Of a stretch of 64,000 bases of DNA, positions 38,240 to 46,904 are shown piece by piece. Origin of the DNA: a virus. Its lineage: Duplodnaviria; Heunggongvirae; Uroviricota; Caudoviricetes. Below the pieces are notes generated by a model, which was not told the origin of the DNA, did not search any database, and worked only from the letters and a program-made list of their open reading frames with translations. Position 1 is the first letter of the stretch, and every line of letters starts with the position of its first letter. The DNA is taken from the IMG/VR virus record IMGVR_UViG_3300008259_000020, positions 34,991 through 98,990 of that record; one strand, 5' to 3'. The translations under genes and the position numbers were made by a program.

Positions 38240-38701
38240 TTAGAAGTCCTCATCACCTTGGTATACGTTGAAAACAAAGATACCTTCTTCACGCCACATA
38301 CGAACAACTCGCGGACGATCGTCAAACACCATGTCAGGCTTACGGCCGTAGTCAGCAATGATCTCGTCAAGGATTTCACGCTTGACAATATCGTCACCAC
38401 GGAAGTCGTCTGCCTTACGCATGTACAGTTTGGCAGTGTAGTTCCAAAAGCGGTTGTCCTGCAACCACTTCATAGTAGCATCACGACTACGCTCGTTGCG
38501 TCCGCTTGCAAAGATGATTTCGTTACCAGCAGCCTTCAGCGAGTGAAATGCTTCTGCAACATATGGATTCACAGCATCGTTTGGAATACCAGCATCAAAT
38601 GCCTTCCAGTTCTTTGGCTTGCTACGAACGTAGTCCAGCCGGTGTTCGATGTTAGCCAGTGTGCCGTCGATATCAAAAACAACTAGCATTTTATCCCTCA
38701 T
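38240..38701 (-). CDS. polynucleotide 3'-phosphatase (HAD family; T4 Pnk C-terminal domain homolog, stand-alone)
   Basis: VVFDIDGTLA (DxDGT nucleophile motif) and FDDRPRVVRMWREEGIFVFNVYQGD align with T4 PseT VIFDVDGTLA ... [24 protein letters not shown]. Confidence 0.7.
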   Translation of the reverse strand: MRDKMLVVFDIDGTLANIEHRLDYVRSKPKNWKAFDAGIPNDAVNPYVAEAFHSLKAAGNEIIFASGRNERSRDATMKWLQDNRFWNYTAKLYMRKADDFRGDDIVKREILDEIIADYGRKPDMVFDDRPRVVRMWREEGIFVFNVYQGDEDF

Positions 38702-38848
38702 TTTATTACCCTATGTGTGTTTATAGCATAAGGTAAACAGTGTGTCAACCTCAATGCCGATTCTTATCTTTGTTTTGGTGGATTATTTCTTTAACTATCC
38801 ACCAAAACAGTGGAATGTAAGCAACTATCATGGCAATACCGAGTGCCA

Positions 38849-39163
38849 TTATTCTACACGAACCTTGTTTTCGTTGGTAGGAACAAAGTCAAAAGTTTCC
38901 GGAGAACTCCAACGACCCATACCAAACAGGCCTGCAACGCTACCCCATTGGCCTACAAAGCCAGTGTACTTGCCTGATTCATCGCGGCAAAGCAAATCTA
39001 CCTGATTGATAGTAGAGTCACCATTGCCCGAACTAAATTCCCAAGACACAATCTCTTTGCAGGGCTTCGCTGGGTAATAAATGGTTTCTGCTGAAACACC
39101 CGAATACATTAGAATCAGTGCCAGCGTAACAGCAACACGGTGAAGTTTGGTTTTCAGTTTCAT
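38849..39163 (-). CDS. small secreted protein with a signal peptide
   Basis: MKLKTKLHRVAVTLALILMYSGVSA signal-like N-terminus. Confidence 0.4.
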   Translation of the reverse strand: MKLKTKLHRVAVTLALILMYSGVSAETIYYPAKPCKEIVSWEFSSGNGDSTINQVDLLCRDESGKYTGFVGQWGSVAGLFGMGRWSSPETFDFVPTNENKVRVE

Positions 39164-39222
39164 GTTAGTGCCTTTCTATTGCCTATGTATTAATATACGA
39201 CAGTTTAGGATTTTGTCAACTT

Positions 39223-39597
39223 CTATTTGTGCAGTGCAAATTGACGCATGTATTCCAGTTCTTCTTCTTTATAAACAAACACCCACATGCAGGTAACTTC
39301 ACTACGAGTAAACACATCACCGTAGTAGTTGCGGTATGGATATGTAGGATCTGTAGTAAATCCCCAGTGTGCAACATTCATTGAGATCTTGCTCATGACA
39401 TCCATGGGCTCGTGCAAAACTAGTGTAGTACCGAAGTTGCGATCTTCACGCCATGCTATTACAGCATCACGAAATTCAAAAACGTCGGGAATCTGTGAGT
39501 CGAAGTCTGCCTGAGCATGGGCAGCCTGTGCCATAGCCTTACCTGGGTTCATATCCCACAGGTCGCGACGCATAACGATGTAAAATCTTGGTTCCAT
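39223..39597 (-). CDS. peptidyl-tRNA hydrolase, PTH2 family
   Basis: YIVMRRDLWDMNPGKAMAQAAHAQ matches the PTH2 signature (V.R.DL.M..GK.AAQ..HA). Confidence 0.6.
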   Translation of the reverse strand: MEPRFYIVMRRDLWDMNPGKAMAQAAHAQADFDSQIPDVFEFRDAVIAWREDRNFGTTLVLHEPMDVMSKISMNVAHWGFTTDPTYPYRNYYGDVFTRSEVTCMWVFVYKEEELEYMRQFALHK

Positions 39598-39656
39598 TTT
39601 GTCCTCAATAAAAAACCTACACTAACAATATACTGCTAGTGTAGGTGTTTGTCAAG

Positions 39657-40307
39657 TTAAAGTTCTACATCCACATAGTCAAGAATGCCAATACAATGGA
39701 AATGGGTACGTCCGTACTTGTACTGCATGGTTTTGTGCCAATGTCCAAAGTACCATTCTTCAGGCTGATGAATAGCCAACATACGTGTAAATGCAGCACT
39801 GGTACGGTTAGGATATTCGGGTCCTTTGAGCAAACCACTGTTGAAGAACATTTCTCGACTGACAGTGTTTGGACAATCGTGTGTGATCATCACACGTGGC
39901 CGAACAGTGCTGTAAATGTCAATCATACGCTCTAGTTCTTCTTGGCTGAGTTCTTCCTCAGGCCACCAATCATAACCAGCAGTACGCTTGTACCAACCAG
40001 GAGGTGCATCGGGGTTATCAATGCTCCAAGCACCACCGATGAACATTACATCGTTTTCAACAGTACCGTCTTTGATCCAACCGCTCATCTCCTTACACTT
40101 AGAAGGATTGTCGTGGTTGCCACGGATAAAGCGATGATTGCCAGCAGTGTGATAGTCGTTGATGCTTTCGTGCCAGTAGTCACTTTGACCAAAACCTACA
40201 CCGAAGTCGCCGATTTGGATTGTAGGACCTTCGAACCGGTCGATGGCATAGGTTTTATAATCGTTAACCAGTCCATGAATGTCGCCAATTAGTCTTGTCA
40301 GTGTCAT
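39657..40307 (-). CDS. calcineurin-like metallophosphoesterase 2
   Basis: IGDIHG, GDFGVG, GNHD and GHWH motifs. Confidence 0.7.
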   Translation of the reverse strand: MTLTRLIGDIHGLVNDYKTYAIDRFEGPTIQIGDFGVGFGQSDYWHESINDYHTAGNHRFIRGNHDNPSKCKEMSGWIKDGTVENDVMFIGGAWSIDNPDAPPGWYKRTAGYDWWPEEELSQEELERMIDIYSTVRPRVMITHDCPNTVSREMFFNSGLLKGPEYPNRTSAAFTRMLAIHQPEEWYFGHWHKTMQYKYGRTHFHCIGILDYVDVEL

Positions 40308-40317
40308 TTTTATGCCC

Positions 40318-40536
40318 TTATGCGGCTTTGCGTATTTTTTTTGATTTTGTTTCTTTTTTTACAAAATCGTCTCGTGTGATTAGTTCTGCATCAAGTTCAG
40401 GCAATGAAAAAATCATTGCTCTTGCAGTTTTATAATCAAATGCAGTATATGTTCCTCCACCACCAGTTTCGGCCTTTTCGCGCCACGAAACTAGAATTCG
40501 AGTAGGAATAGGTTTTAGATACTCTGACTTTTTCAT
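40318..40536 (-). CDS. hypothetical protein (72 aa)
   Basis: ORF. Confidence 0.35.
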   Translation of the reverse strand: MKKSEYLKPIPTRILVSWREKAETGGGGTYTAFDYKTARAMIFSLPELDAELITRDDFVKKETKSKKIRKAA

Positions 40537-40551
40537 TTCTTTCCTCTTGTA

Positions 40552-40627
40552 TGGAGCTCCCGGAAGGATTCGAACCCTCGACCACCACGTTCGAAGCGTG
40601 GCACTCTGACCGCTGAGTTACGGAAGC
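40552..40627 (-). tRNA. tRNA-Arg (UCG)
   Basis: Acceptor GCTTCCG/CGGGAGC, anticodon arm CCACG-CTTCGAA-CGTGG, T-arm GAGGGTTCGAATCCTTC, CCA. Confidence 0.8.
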
Positions 40628-40639
40628 GTAGTATTTATT

Positions 40640-40715
40640 TGGTGCCCCCGGCAGGAGTCGAACCCACAACCTAGGGAGTAGAAATCCCTTGCTCTTCCAG
40701 TTGAGCTACGAAGGC
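40640..40715 (-). tRNA. tRNA-Arg (UCU)
   Basis: Acceptor GCCTTCG/CGGGGGC, anticodon arm AGGGA-TTTCTAC-TCCCT, T-loop TTCGACT, CCA. Confidence 0.8.
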
Positions 40716-40736
40716 TAAATTTCTGACAACTGACAA

Positions 40737-40806
40737 AGTGCAAAGGGACTCGAACCCTTGTCTCCGACTCCACGCCGGCGTCCTATCCTCTAGACGATAC
40801 ACACGA
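40737..40806 (-). ncRNA. degenerate tRNA-like element (Glu-type D-arm, good T-arm, no acceptor pairing, no CCA)
   Basis: TCGTCTAGAGGATAGGACG D-arm (compare E. coli tRNA-Glu), T-arm AAGGGTTCGAGTCCCTT, no foldable anticodon stem and no 3' complement. Confidence 0.3.
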
Positions 40807-41081
40807 TCATTGCAGCACTTTTCTATATCTCGACAACGACATCGAAGTTACTGCAACAAAAGGTCAGTTGCCACGGTGGTTGCCGCCACCTATTCTTTAT
40901 CTCTTATTTATTTCTTGTGTATACTATACATGATCTTTTCACGCATGTCAACGCATATACAGCACCAGCAGCTTATATGTTTAGTTTTCTTGCCACGCAT
41001 GTTGACGTTTGCCGAGGCGGCGCGGTGGGGCGGGCCGATGATCTGCTGGAACAGTTTATCTCGAGAAACACTGAACTCAGC

Positions 41082-41600
41082 CTATTCTAATTCGTCTTCG
41101 AATGGGTATCTTCTCACTGCTAGCAATTTTCTAACAGGATATGCACTAAAGTTAACACTGTTATCTTGATTTCCACCAAGCACCAAATAGTATTCTTGAC
41201 CATTGTGATAGGTTGAAGTTACAAAGAATCCAACATGACCTTTCCAATTGGCATTGCCACGCTTAAACACAACAACATCACCTGATTCTGGTTCGTCTAC
41301 TTCTACGCCCCAATCAAGAAAACTTCTTGCCAGTAGAGGATGTTCTGCATATTCATCAGACCCAGGTAATCCAGTTTCTGCAAGCACTGCATTTACAAAT
41401 GCAGCACACCATTCAGTGGCAACTGGATCAACACCGATAAAATCTTTTATTTCTGCTCTATGACTCTTTTCACTCCACCCTAGTTTTTCTGTTGCAGCAA
41501 CCAATGGTTCTGGCGGTGTCGGTGAAGTAGTAAACAATTGAATTTTTGCACAAGCAGATACTGATAGTAACAGTACTGTTAGTAACATAGCCCTCATCAT
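41082..41600 (-). CDS. secreted CHAP/NlpC-P60-type cysteine peptidase (candidate endolysin or cell-wall hydrolase)
   Basis: Signal peptide MMRAMLLTVLLLSVSACA. Catalytic-type Cys in TEWCAAFVNAVL and His in GHVGFF. A TATAAATA late-promoter-like motif sits just upstream. Confidence 0.5.
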   Translation of the reverse strand: MMRAMLLTVLLLSVSACAKIQLFTTSPTPPEPLVAATEKLGWSEKSHRAEIKDFIGVDPVATEWCAAFVNAVLAETGLPGSDEYAEHPLLARSFLDWGVEVDEPESGDVVVFKRGNANWKGHVGFFVTSTYHNGQEYYLVLGGNQDNSVNFSAYPVRKLLAVRRYPFEDELE

Positions 41601-41648
41601 AAAAATATTTATAGAATAGGTCTAGATAGAAATAGTACAGTTTAACTT

Positions 41649-41724
41649 TGGCACTCCCGGCAGGACTCGAACCTGCAACAATCACCTTCGTAGGGTGGCG
41701 CTCTTCCAGTTGAGCTACGGAAGT
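41649..41724 (-). tRNA. tRNA-Arg (ACG)
   Basis: Acceptor ACTTCCG/CGGGAGT, loop CTACGAA, T-arm GCAGGTTCGAGTCCTGC, CCA. Confidence 0.75.
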
Positions 41725-41730
41725 ATCGTT

Positions 41731-41805
41731 TGGTACCGTGTATAGGATTTGAACCTATTCCGACGCAGTCACAGTGCGGTATGCTACCCTTACACCAAGC
41801 ACGGC
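41731..41805 (-). tRNA. tRNA-His (GUG)
   Basis: Loop CTGTGAC, T-arm ATAGGTTCAAATCCTAT, CCA. The acceptor has one terminal mismatch. Confidence 0.65.
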
Positions 41806-41812
41806 ATTATTC

Positions 41813-41887
41813 TGGTTGCCCCTACTAGATTTGAACTAGTGACCTATCCCTTATCAGGGGATTGCTCTACCACTGAGCTAAGAGGCA
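41813..41887 (-). tRNA. tRNA-Ile (GAU)
   Basis: Acceptor TGCCTCT/AGGGGCA, anticodon arm ATCCC-CTGATAA-GGGAT, T-arm ACTAGTTCAAATCTAGT, CCA. Confidence 0.8.
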
Positions 41888-41988
41888 ATATTCATTGTTT
41901 AGAAGATACACTGACCAATACCATTTCTGGTCCGATAGGTTTATTTTATGTGGCGGCCTAAATGCCACTCAGTGTATCATCAAACCAA

Positions 41989-42064
41989 TGGTGAACCGGG
42001 TGGGATTCGAACCCACGTACTCCGATTAAAAGTCGGGTGCTAAAACCACCTCAGCTACCGGTCC
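41989..42064 (-). tRNA. tRNA-Lys (UUU)
   Basis: Acceptor GGACCGG/CCGGTTC, loop CTTTTAA, T-arm GTGGGTTCGAATCCCAC, CCA. Confidence 0.75.
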
Positions 42065-42123
42065 ACGTTTCGTTTGTCGCTTTCTTCTTTGTTACGTTTT
42101 CGTTTCATTTTTGTTCCTTGAAT

Positions 42124-42201
42124 TGGTGTACCGGGTGGGAGTTGAACCCACGACCTTCGGATTAAGAGTCCGCGGCTCTAACCTGGCTGAGCTACCGGTG
42201 C
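42124..42201 (-). tRNA. tRNA-Lys (CUU)
   Basis: Anticodon arm GCGGA-CTCTTAA-TCCGA, T-arm GTGGGTTCAACTCCCAC, CCA, long D-loop. Confidence 0.75.
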
Positions 42202-42220
42202 ATTAATAGTTGTATGTTTG

Positions 42221-42664
42221 TTAGTTACACCACGACTGCTTTTTGTCGCCGTAGTATTCTCTAGCATAACCTTGTTCAATAAGCATCTGTGTTAGGCTCT
42301 TACCGTCGATAAGAACATCACCTAGCACTCTGCCGCCGAACTTGTCCCACTCATAAAATACAATTTGAGTAGTCTTGGCTTTTGCAACTAAATCTTTTGT
42401 AAATTTACTTGCAGCATCACCCATGTCGCCTTCTTTTTTACATTCTGCTCTGCCACCTTTTTCAGGTGTATCTACGCCCCATACACGAAGTGATAGTTTC
42501 TTCGGAAGTGGATCTAGCAAGAACTTTGCTTCAAATTCAACTGTATCACCATCTACTACACGTAGAATTTTTAAGTCGTGTGCTACACCAGTTGGCTTTT
42601 TTACTTCAGCAAATGCAGTGGATGCAGCAACAATCAGTGCTACAGTTAAAAGTATTTTTTTCAT
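42221..42664 (-). CDS. secreted staphylococcal-nuclease (SNase/thermonuclease) homolog
   Basis: Signal peptide MKKILLTVALIVAASTAFA. ILRVVDGDTVEF and RVWGVDTPEK match the SNase Ca-site and active-site boxes. Confidence 0.7.
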   Translation of the reverse strand: MKKILLTVALIVAASTAFAEVKKPTGVAHDLKILRVVDGDTVEFEAKFLLDPLPKKLSLRVWGVDTPEKGGRAECKKEGDMGDAASKFTKDLVAKAKTTQIVFYEWDKFGGRVLGDVLIDGKSLTQMLIEQGYAREYYGDKKQSWCN

Positions 42665-42709
42665 TATGTTCTCCTAAATACTAGAATATTTATAACAAAA
42701 AAACAATTA

Positions 42710-42785
<76 letters not shown>

Positions 42786-42791
42786 ATATTT

Positions 42792-42876
42792 TGGTGGGAG
42801 AGGAGGGAATCGAACCCGTCCGTGCGTTGCCGCGATGGAGTTACAGTCCACTGCCTCACCTTGAGGCGTCTCTCCC
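42792..42876 (-). tRNA. tRNA-Tyr (GUA), type II (bacterial-type long variable arm)
   Basis: Acceptor GGGAGAG/CTCTCCC, loop CTGTAAC, long variable arm, T-loop TTCGATT, CCA. Confidence 0.8.
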
Positions 42877-42882
42877 TTATTT

Positions 42883-42959
42883 TGGTAGGACATACGGGTT
42901 TCGAACCCGTTTCTCCGCCTTGAAAGGGCGGCGACCTTCGCCAAGAAGTCCAATGTCCC
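42883..42959 (-). tRNA. tRNA-Glu (UUC)
   Basis: Acceptor GGGACAT/ATGTCCT, anticodon arm CCGCC-CTTTCAA-GGCGG, T-arm ACGGGTTCGAAACCCGT, CCA. Confidence 0.8.
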
Positions 42960-42965
42960 ATAGTT

Positions 42966-43040
42966 TGGTGATGTAGGCTGGATTCGAACCAGCAACCTAC
43001 GGCGTATGAGACCGTTGCACTACCGTTGTGCTACCACATC
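42966..43040 (-). tRNA. tRNA with CAU anticodon (Met or Ile2/lysidine)
   Basis: Acceptor GATGTGG/CTACATC, anticodon arm ACGGT-CTCATAC-GCCGT, T-arm GCTGGTTCGAATCCAGC, CCA. Confidence 0.8.
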
Positions 43041-43046
43041 ATTGTT

Positions 43047-43130
43047 TGGAGGTCGGTATGTGAATCGAACACATTACTTTGCAGTGCTATGGAGTTGCAG
43101 TCCATCCCCTTACCATCCGGGCCACCGACC
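43047..43130 (-). tRNA. tRNA-Cys (GCA)-like with an atypical 14-nt extra (variable) region
   Basis: Perfect acceptor GGTCGGT/ACCGACC, anticodon arm ATGGA-CTGCAAC-TCCAT, then AGCACTGCAAAGTA before T-arm ATGTGTTCGATTCACAT, CCA. A long variable arm is not expected for Cys. Confidence 0.55.
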
Positions 43131-43359
43131 AATTCTATTTTCAACTCCACAACCCCAAGTTAGGAGACCCACCACGTAAGTGAGATCCGAGCCGGATTTA
43201 CACCAATTCTGCTTGTGCATGTGAAAATAGAATTTGCTACGCTAGATTTTTACTCCGCCGTTACCACCAGTCGTTTCATCCTCAAGCACGCCCATTTGAG
43301 TTTGTTTATAGTGGTTACTCGCAGTCTCGTTCCGCATTTCCACTTTGATCATTAAAAAA

Positions 43360-43396
43360 CCCTCCTACCTTTTGGGTGGAGGGTGTTTCGGAAACT
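43360..43396. terminator. intrinsic terminator
   Basis: aaaaaaCCCTCCtaccttttgGGtGGAGGGtgttt, same CCCTCC/GGAGGG stem as the 29120 terminator. Confidence 0.5.
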
Positions 43397-43624
43397 TGTG
43401 TATATACTACACGTTAGTTTCGCAAACCCTCCGAGACGCCAAAGCGATACTCGCGGCATTTTTCAATGCTTCTAATCTCAAACATATGTTTAATAACGAG
43501 TTTCATAGTTCAGTGTCTTTCTTGTTTGTTTAACTTATATTGTAGTTATACTAGTTTATTTATCTCTTGTCAACAACTTTTTTTCAGTTTTGAACAATTT
43601 TATTTATCTTTTTGTTTCAACAAC

Positions 43625-43849
43625 TTAGGGTGTAAACGGTTGATTGTCTTTCCACTTTTTGTAAAGTGAGTAAGCAAACCACACCGGGCCGCCGAGTACA
43701 AAAACAACAAAATTTAGTACAAATTCGATAATAAAGTTACCAGTTGAAAGAACATCTTTTGCTTCTCGCAAACTGTCTTCGCCTTTGAACCAATCATACA
43801 CAAAATGTCCTACACCCGTAAGTGCCCACAACCAAATTAAAACTTCCAT
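43625..43849 (-). CDS. small membrane protein (74 aa)
   Basis: Two hydrophobic segments; ATGA coupling to the decarboxylase gene. Confidence 0.4.
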   Translation of the reverse strand: MEVLIWLWALTGVGHFVYDWFKGEDSLREAKDVLSTGNFIIEFVLNFVVFVLGGPVWFAYSLYKKWKDNQPFTP

Positions 43850-44977
43850 TTATACTACCTTTACTTCTAGAGGCGGAAAGCCGTTAAATGCTATAGTGCT
43901 GTATGTGCTTGTGTAAGCACCGCAACTGTTAATTACTAACACATCTCCACTCTCAATGTCAATTGGTAATTGTACTTTGTTTCTTTCATACATTACATCG
44001 GCACTATCACAGGTTGGACCAGCAAGTATACAAGGACCTGTTGGAGAATTTTCTTTGCCTAGCACAGTAAATTGATACTTGATTGCTTCGCCTTCTGTTT
44101 CTGCAAGACCACTAAATCTACCTACGTTTAGGTATACCCAACGAACCACATCCATTGATGACTTCTTACTTGCCAACAATACTTCTGAGGCAATGCAACC
44201 TGCGCTGCCTACTAAGCCGCGACCAGGTTCTACCATAATGTAGTTGGCTCCTGGAAACTGCTTACGAACACGATCCATTAGTTTTTTGCCGTATTCTTCA
44301 GGAGGTGTAATTTCTACACCGTAGTAGGCAGGAAAGCCTCCGCCGATGTTTACCAGTGTAAGTTCGTAACCGCACTGAGAGATTTCGTCCCAAAGATTAC
44401 CCATCAACTCTAGTGTGTCATACCACATCTCAGGATGTTTGGTTTGCGAACCAATGTGCCAACTGATACCAACTGGTTCAAGTCCTAGTTCTTTTGCATA
44501 GCCCATAAGGCCTAATGCCATAGCAGGATCACAACCGAACTTGCGTGACAGTGGCCATTCTGCTTCGGTTTGCCCAATCAGCACACGAATAAACACACGT
44601 GAGTTGGGTGCATGACGTGCAATTTTTTCCAGTTCTTCTTCAGCATCTGCAGAAAACAATGTAATATCGTTTCTGTATGCGTATTCGATATCTTGCCAAC
44701 GTTTTACAGTATTACCAAAACTAATGTGTTCTGGTTCTGCACCGGCAGCAAGACACATTTCAATCTCACCCATACTAGCAGCATCAAATCTACAACCTAG
44801 TTCGACAAGACGTTGTAGAATAGCAGGATGCGGATTGCTCTTTACTGCATAATGCACATGAGCATCTGGCATACCTGCTTTTAGGTTTAGATAATTTTCT
44901 TCTACAAGATCAATGTCAAGAATCAGTGTCGGACGTTCGAATGTATTGTTGCGAATGTACTGATAAATTGCGTCCAC
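43850..44977 (-). CDS. PLP-dependent Orn/Lys/Arg/DAP decarboxylase (alanine-racemase fold, group IV)
   Basis: HYAVKSNPHPAILQRLVELGCRFDAASMGEI (PLP-lysine box), EPGR in VEPGRGLVGSAG and GPTCDSADV (substrate-Cys box). Confidence 0.7.
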   Translation of the reverse strand: MDAIYQYIRNNTFERPTLILDIDLVEENYLNLKAGMPDAHVHYAVKSNPHPAILQRLVELGCRFDAASMGEIEMCLAAGAEPEHISFGNTVKRWQDIEYAYRNDITLFSADAEEELEKIARHAPNSRVFIRVLIGQTEAEWPLSRKFGCDPAMALGLMGYAKELGLEPVGISWHIGSQTKHPEMWYDTLELMGNLWDEISQCGYELTLVNIGGGFPAYYGVEITPPEEYGKKLMDRVRKQFPGANYIMVEPGRGLVGSAGCIASEVLLASKKSSMDVVRWVYLNVGRFSGLAETEGEAIKYQFTVLGKENSPTGPCILAGPTCDSADVMYERNKVQLPIDIESGDVLVINSCGAYTSTYSTIAFNGFPPLEVKVV

Positions 44978-45171
44978 TAATCTCTCCTAAAATCTACTAC
45001 GTTTTCGTCTTTGGTTTTTACAATAGAAAGTGCTGGTTTTTCTACCTGCTTGATCGGTTCAACGCCGGAAAAAAACTTTACATCTTCTCCCGACAGTTTA
45101 CGTTCTATACGATCGAGGCGCATTAAAACTTCGTCCATCATGGCGATCAGTGTATCGACTTTGTAACTCAT
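44977..45171 (-). CDS. small hypothetical protein (64 aa)
   Basis: ORF. Confidence 0.3.
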   Translation of the reverse strand: MSYKVDTLIAMMDEVLMRLDRIERKLSGEDVKFFSGVEPIKQVEKPALSIVKTKDENVVDFRRD

Positions 45172-45186
45172 AATTTTGAGACCTTG

Positions 45187-45678
45187 TTAGCGGAAAGTAA
45201 TTTGAATACGTTGACCAACTTTGTAACGACGATCTGTCATTACAGAGCCAACATGATCGCCGTAGCGATAATAAACAATGTAGCCATCTACTACCTGTTC
45301 ATCCTGATACTCGGTATGATACTTGCACTGAACTTCGGTACGATATCCTACCACTGCTTGACGATTGCCTTGGCGACCTGCTACATCAGCACCAACAATA
45401 GCGCCAAGTACAGTCATAGCATCTTTACCAGAACCGCCGCCAAATTGATTACCAATTGCACCGCCAATTAGCGCACCAGCAAGAACGTCACCAGTGCTTC
45501 CACCTTGTACACGACCATATACCGGCACTTCCACATCGTAGCAGTATTCTACTTCGACAGGATGCGAAATATAGGTATAGTTTGTAATGACTTCGGTAAC
45601 ACGAGCATTAACTGTTTCAGCAGTTGCTGAAGATGCAGTGGCAATAAGAGCAGCAGAAAGAAGTAGTGTTTTCATGAT
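45187..45678 (-). CDS. glycine-zipper (SlyB / 17-kDa-antigen-like) outer-membrane lipoprotein-like protein
   Basis: Signal peptide MKTLLLSAALIATASSATA and GALIGGAIGNQFGGGSGK...LGAIVGADVAG glycine zipper. Start set at MKTLLL, which is preceded by GAGG and a TATAAATA late-promoter motif. Confidence 0.5.
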   Translation of the reverse strand: MMKTLLLSAALIATASSATAETVNARVTEVITNYTYISHPVEVEYCYDVEVPVYGRVQGGSTGDVLAGALIGGAIGNQFGGGSGKDAMTVLGAIVGADVAGRQGNRQAVVGYRTEVQCKYHTEYQDEQVVDGYIVYYRYGDHVGSVMTDRRYKVGQRIQITFR

Positions 45679-45731
45679 AGCCTCGCTTTCGATATATTTA
45701 TACAGCAAGTCTAAAGCATTGTCAAGAGAAA

Positions 45732-46238
45732 TTATCTCTTGGTTCCAGTAAGTTGAATAGCGTATCTATCGTGCATACTTAGATTGTAAACAGCATGTGG
45801 ATCATCGCTGTCCCACTGTATCCAATCACCTGCACACCACTCGCCAAATGTTTTTCCGCAGGCCTGCGATACCTGTCCCGGCTGGCTGTCTTCAAGCATG
45901 ATGATAATACGAGTAACTTCTTCGTTGTTGAGTTTGTTGACTTGCTTGTATCTGCCAAACAAATCAACGTGCATAGGAAGATACTGTCCGGGCTTGAACA
46001 AGTTAATTGCTATTGCAATATGATCCAAATGATCAAATGCAGGAATGATATAATTGTCAACAGACTCGGGCATAGGATTTGGTTGGAAATAGTTCCACAG
46101 AGTCATATACATTTTGCTATGCCCGTGGCTGGCATACTCATTGAGTAATCTGTCGTCCTTGTGTGTATCGAACTTGTAATTGAGAGTTTTAAAGTCCTCA
46201 ATATTCCAATTTGGTTCGATATGTCCGGTGTTAAGCAT
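45732..46238 (-). CDS. hypothetical protein, possible cupin/2OG-Fe(II)-oxygenase-like
   Basis: HVDLF...H pattern. Strong upstream TATAAATA + AAGGAG; that upstream promoter/SD signal is the only solid evidence here. Confidence 0.3.
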   Translation of the reverse strand: MLNTGHIEPNWNIEDFKTLNYKFDTHKDDRLLNEYASHGHSKMYMTLWNYFQPNPMPESVDNYIIPAFDHLDHIAIAINLFKPGQYLPMHVDLFGRYKQVNKLNNEEVTRIIIMLEDSQPGQVSQACGKTFGEWCAGDWIQWDSDDPHAVYNLSMHDRYAIQLTGTKR

Positions 46239-46254
46239 TTCAATCTCCTTCGGT

Positions 46255-46665
46255 TTATTTATAAGTTAATTCCGCTAGGAGTTTGTAATTTTCCCATGCT
46301 TTTTTAGCAGCTAGGTTTGTTTCTAGATTCTCAGGTGTTAACATTACATCATACCAGTAGTGATTCATACGAGGCGGATGAGCACCATACTGTCGCGGTT
46401 GATGCATCTTCCCTTCGTTTTTCAAACTAATACAAATATCACGAACAGCCTGTTCATCCTCTGCAGGAATGTTGCTCCATTCGGGCTGACTGTACATACT
46501 TCCAAGACCATTACCGCCAGCATAACCTTCCCAAATACCAGTCCATTGTTTGTCGTCTTCTGGATCAAAATCTGTACGGGCGATGACTACTAATACTTCA
46601 TCAATGTGTACAGTGTCTTCGTAAATATCCTTTACGCAACGGCTAAGACTGGTTCCGATTTTCAT
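46255..46665 (-). CDS. hypothetical protein (136 aa)
   Basis: ORF. Confidence 0.35.
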   Translation of the reverse strand: MKIGTSLSRCVKDIYEDTVHIDEVLVVIARTDFDPEDDKQWTGIWEGYAGGNGLGSMYSQPEWSNIPAEDEQAVRDICISLKNEGKMHQPRQYGAHPPRMNHYWYDVMLTPENLETNLAAKKAWENYKLLAELTYK

Positions 46666-46904
46666 TTACGTTTCTCCAATTGATAGTTAAGGACAAAGTT
46701 TTCTACAAGTAGTTTTGTAATAGTTGCCATAGCAACAGTCAGCATGTCGCTGTCGTTGATGTCGTTAAACTGCTCTACAACACTGTTAGCCATCAAGCGA
46801 TAAGCCGCAGACTCTTCAATTGGCAACATACCCCAATCAATAGGGTCTTTGAATTCTGCTTCTTGTGCTAGATCTGCAAGTTGTTCAACTGTTAATTTTG
46901 ACAA
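46662..46904 (-). CDS. hypothetical protein (80 aa)
   Basis: ORF, ATGA-coupled. Confidence 0.35.
   Translation of the reverse strand: MSKLTVEQLADLAQEAEFKDPIDWGMLPIEESAAYRLMANSVVEQFNDINDSDMLTVAMATITKLLVENFVLNYQLEKRK

Noticed and set aside
40738-41169. 143-aa plus-strand ORF starting inside the tRNA-like relic
   Set aside because: It spans a tRNA-like element, a repeat-containing intergenic region and the antisense of the CHAP peptidase gene. No Shine-Dalgarno and odd composition.
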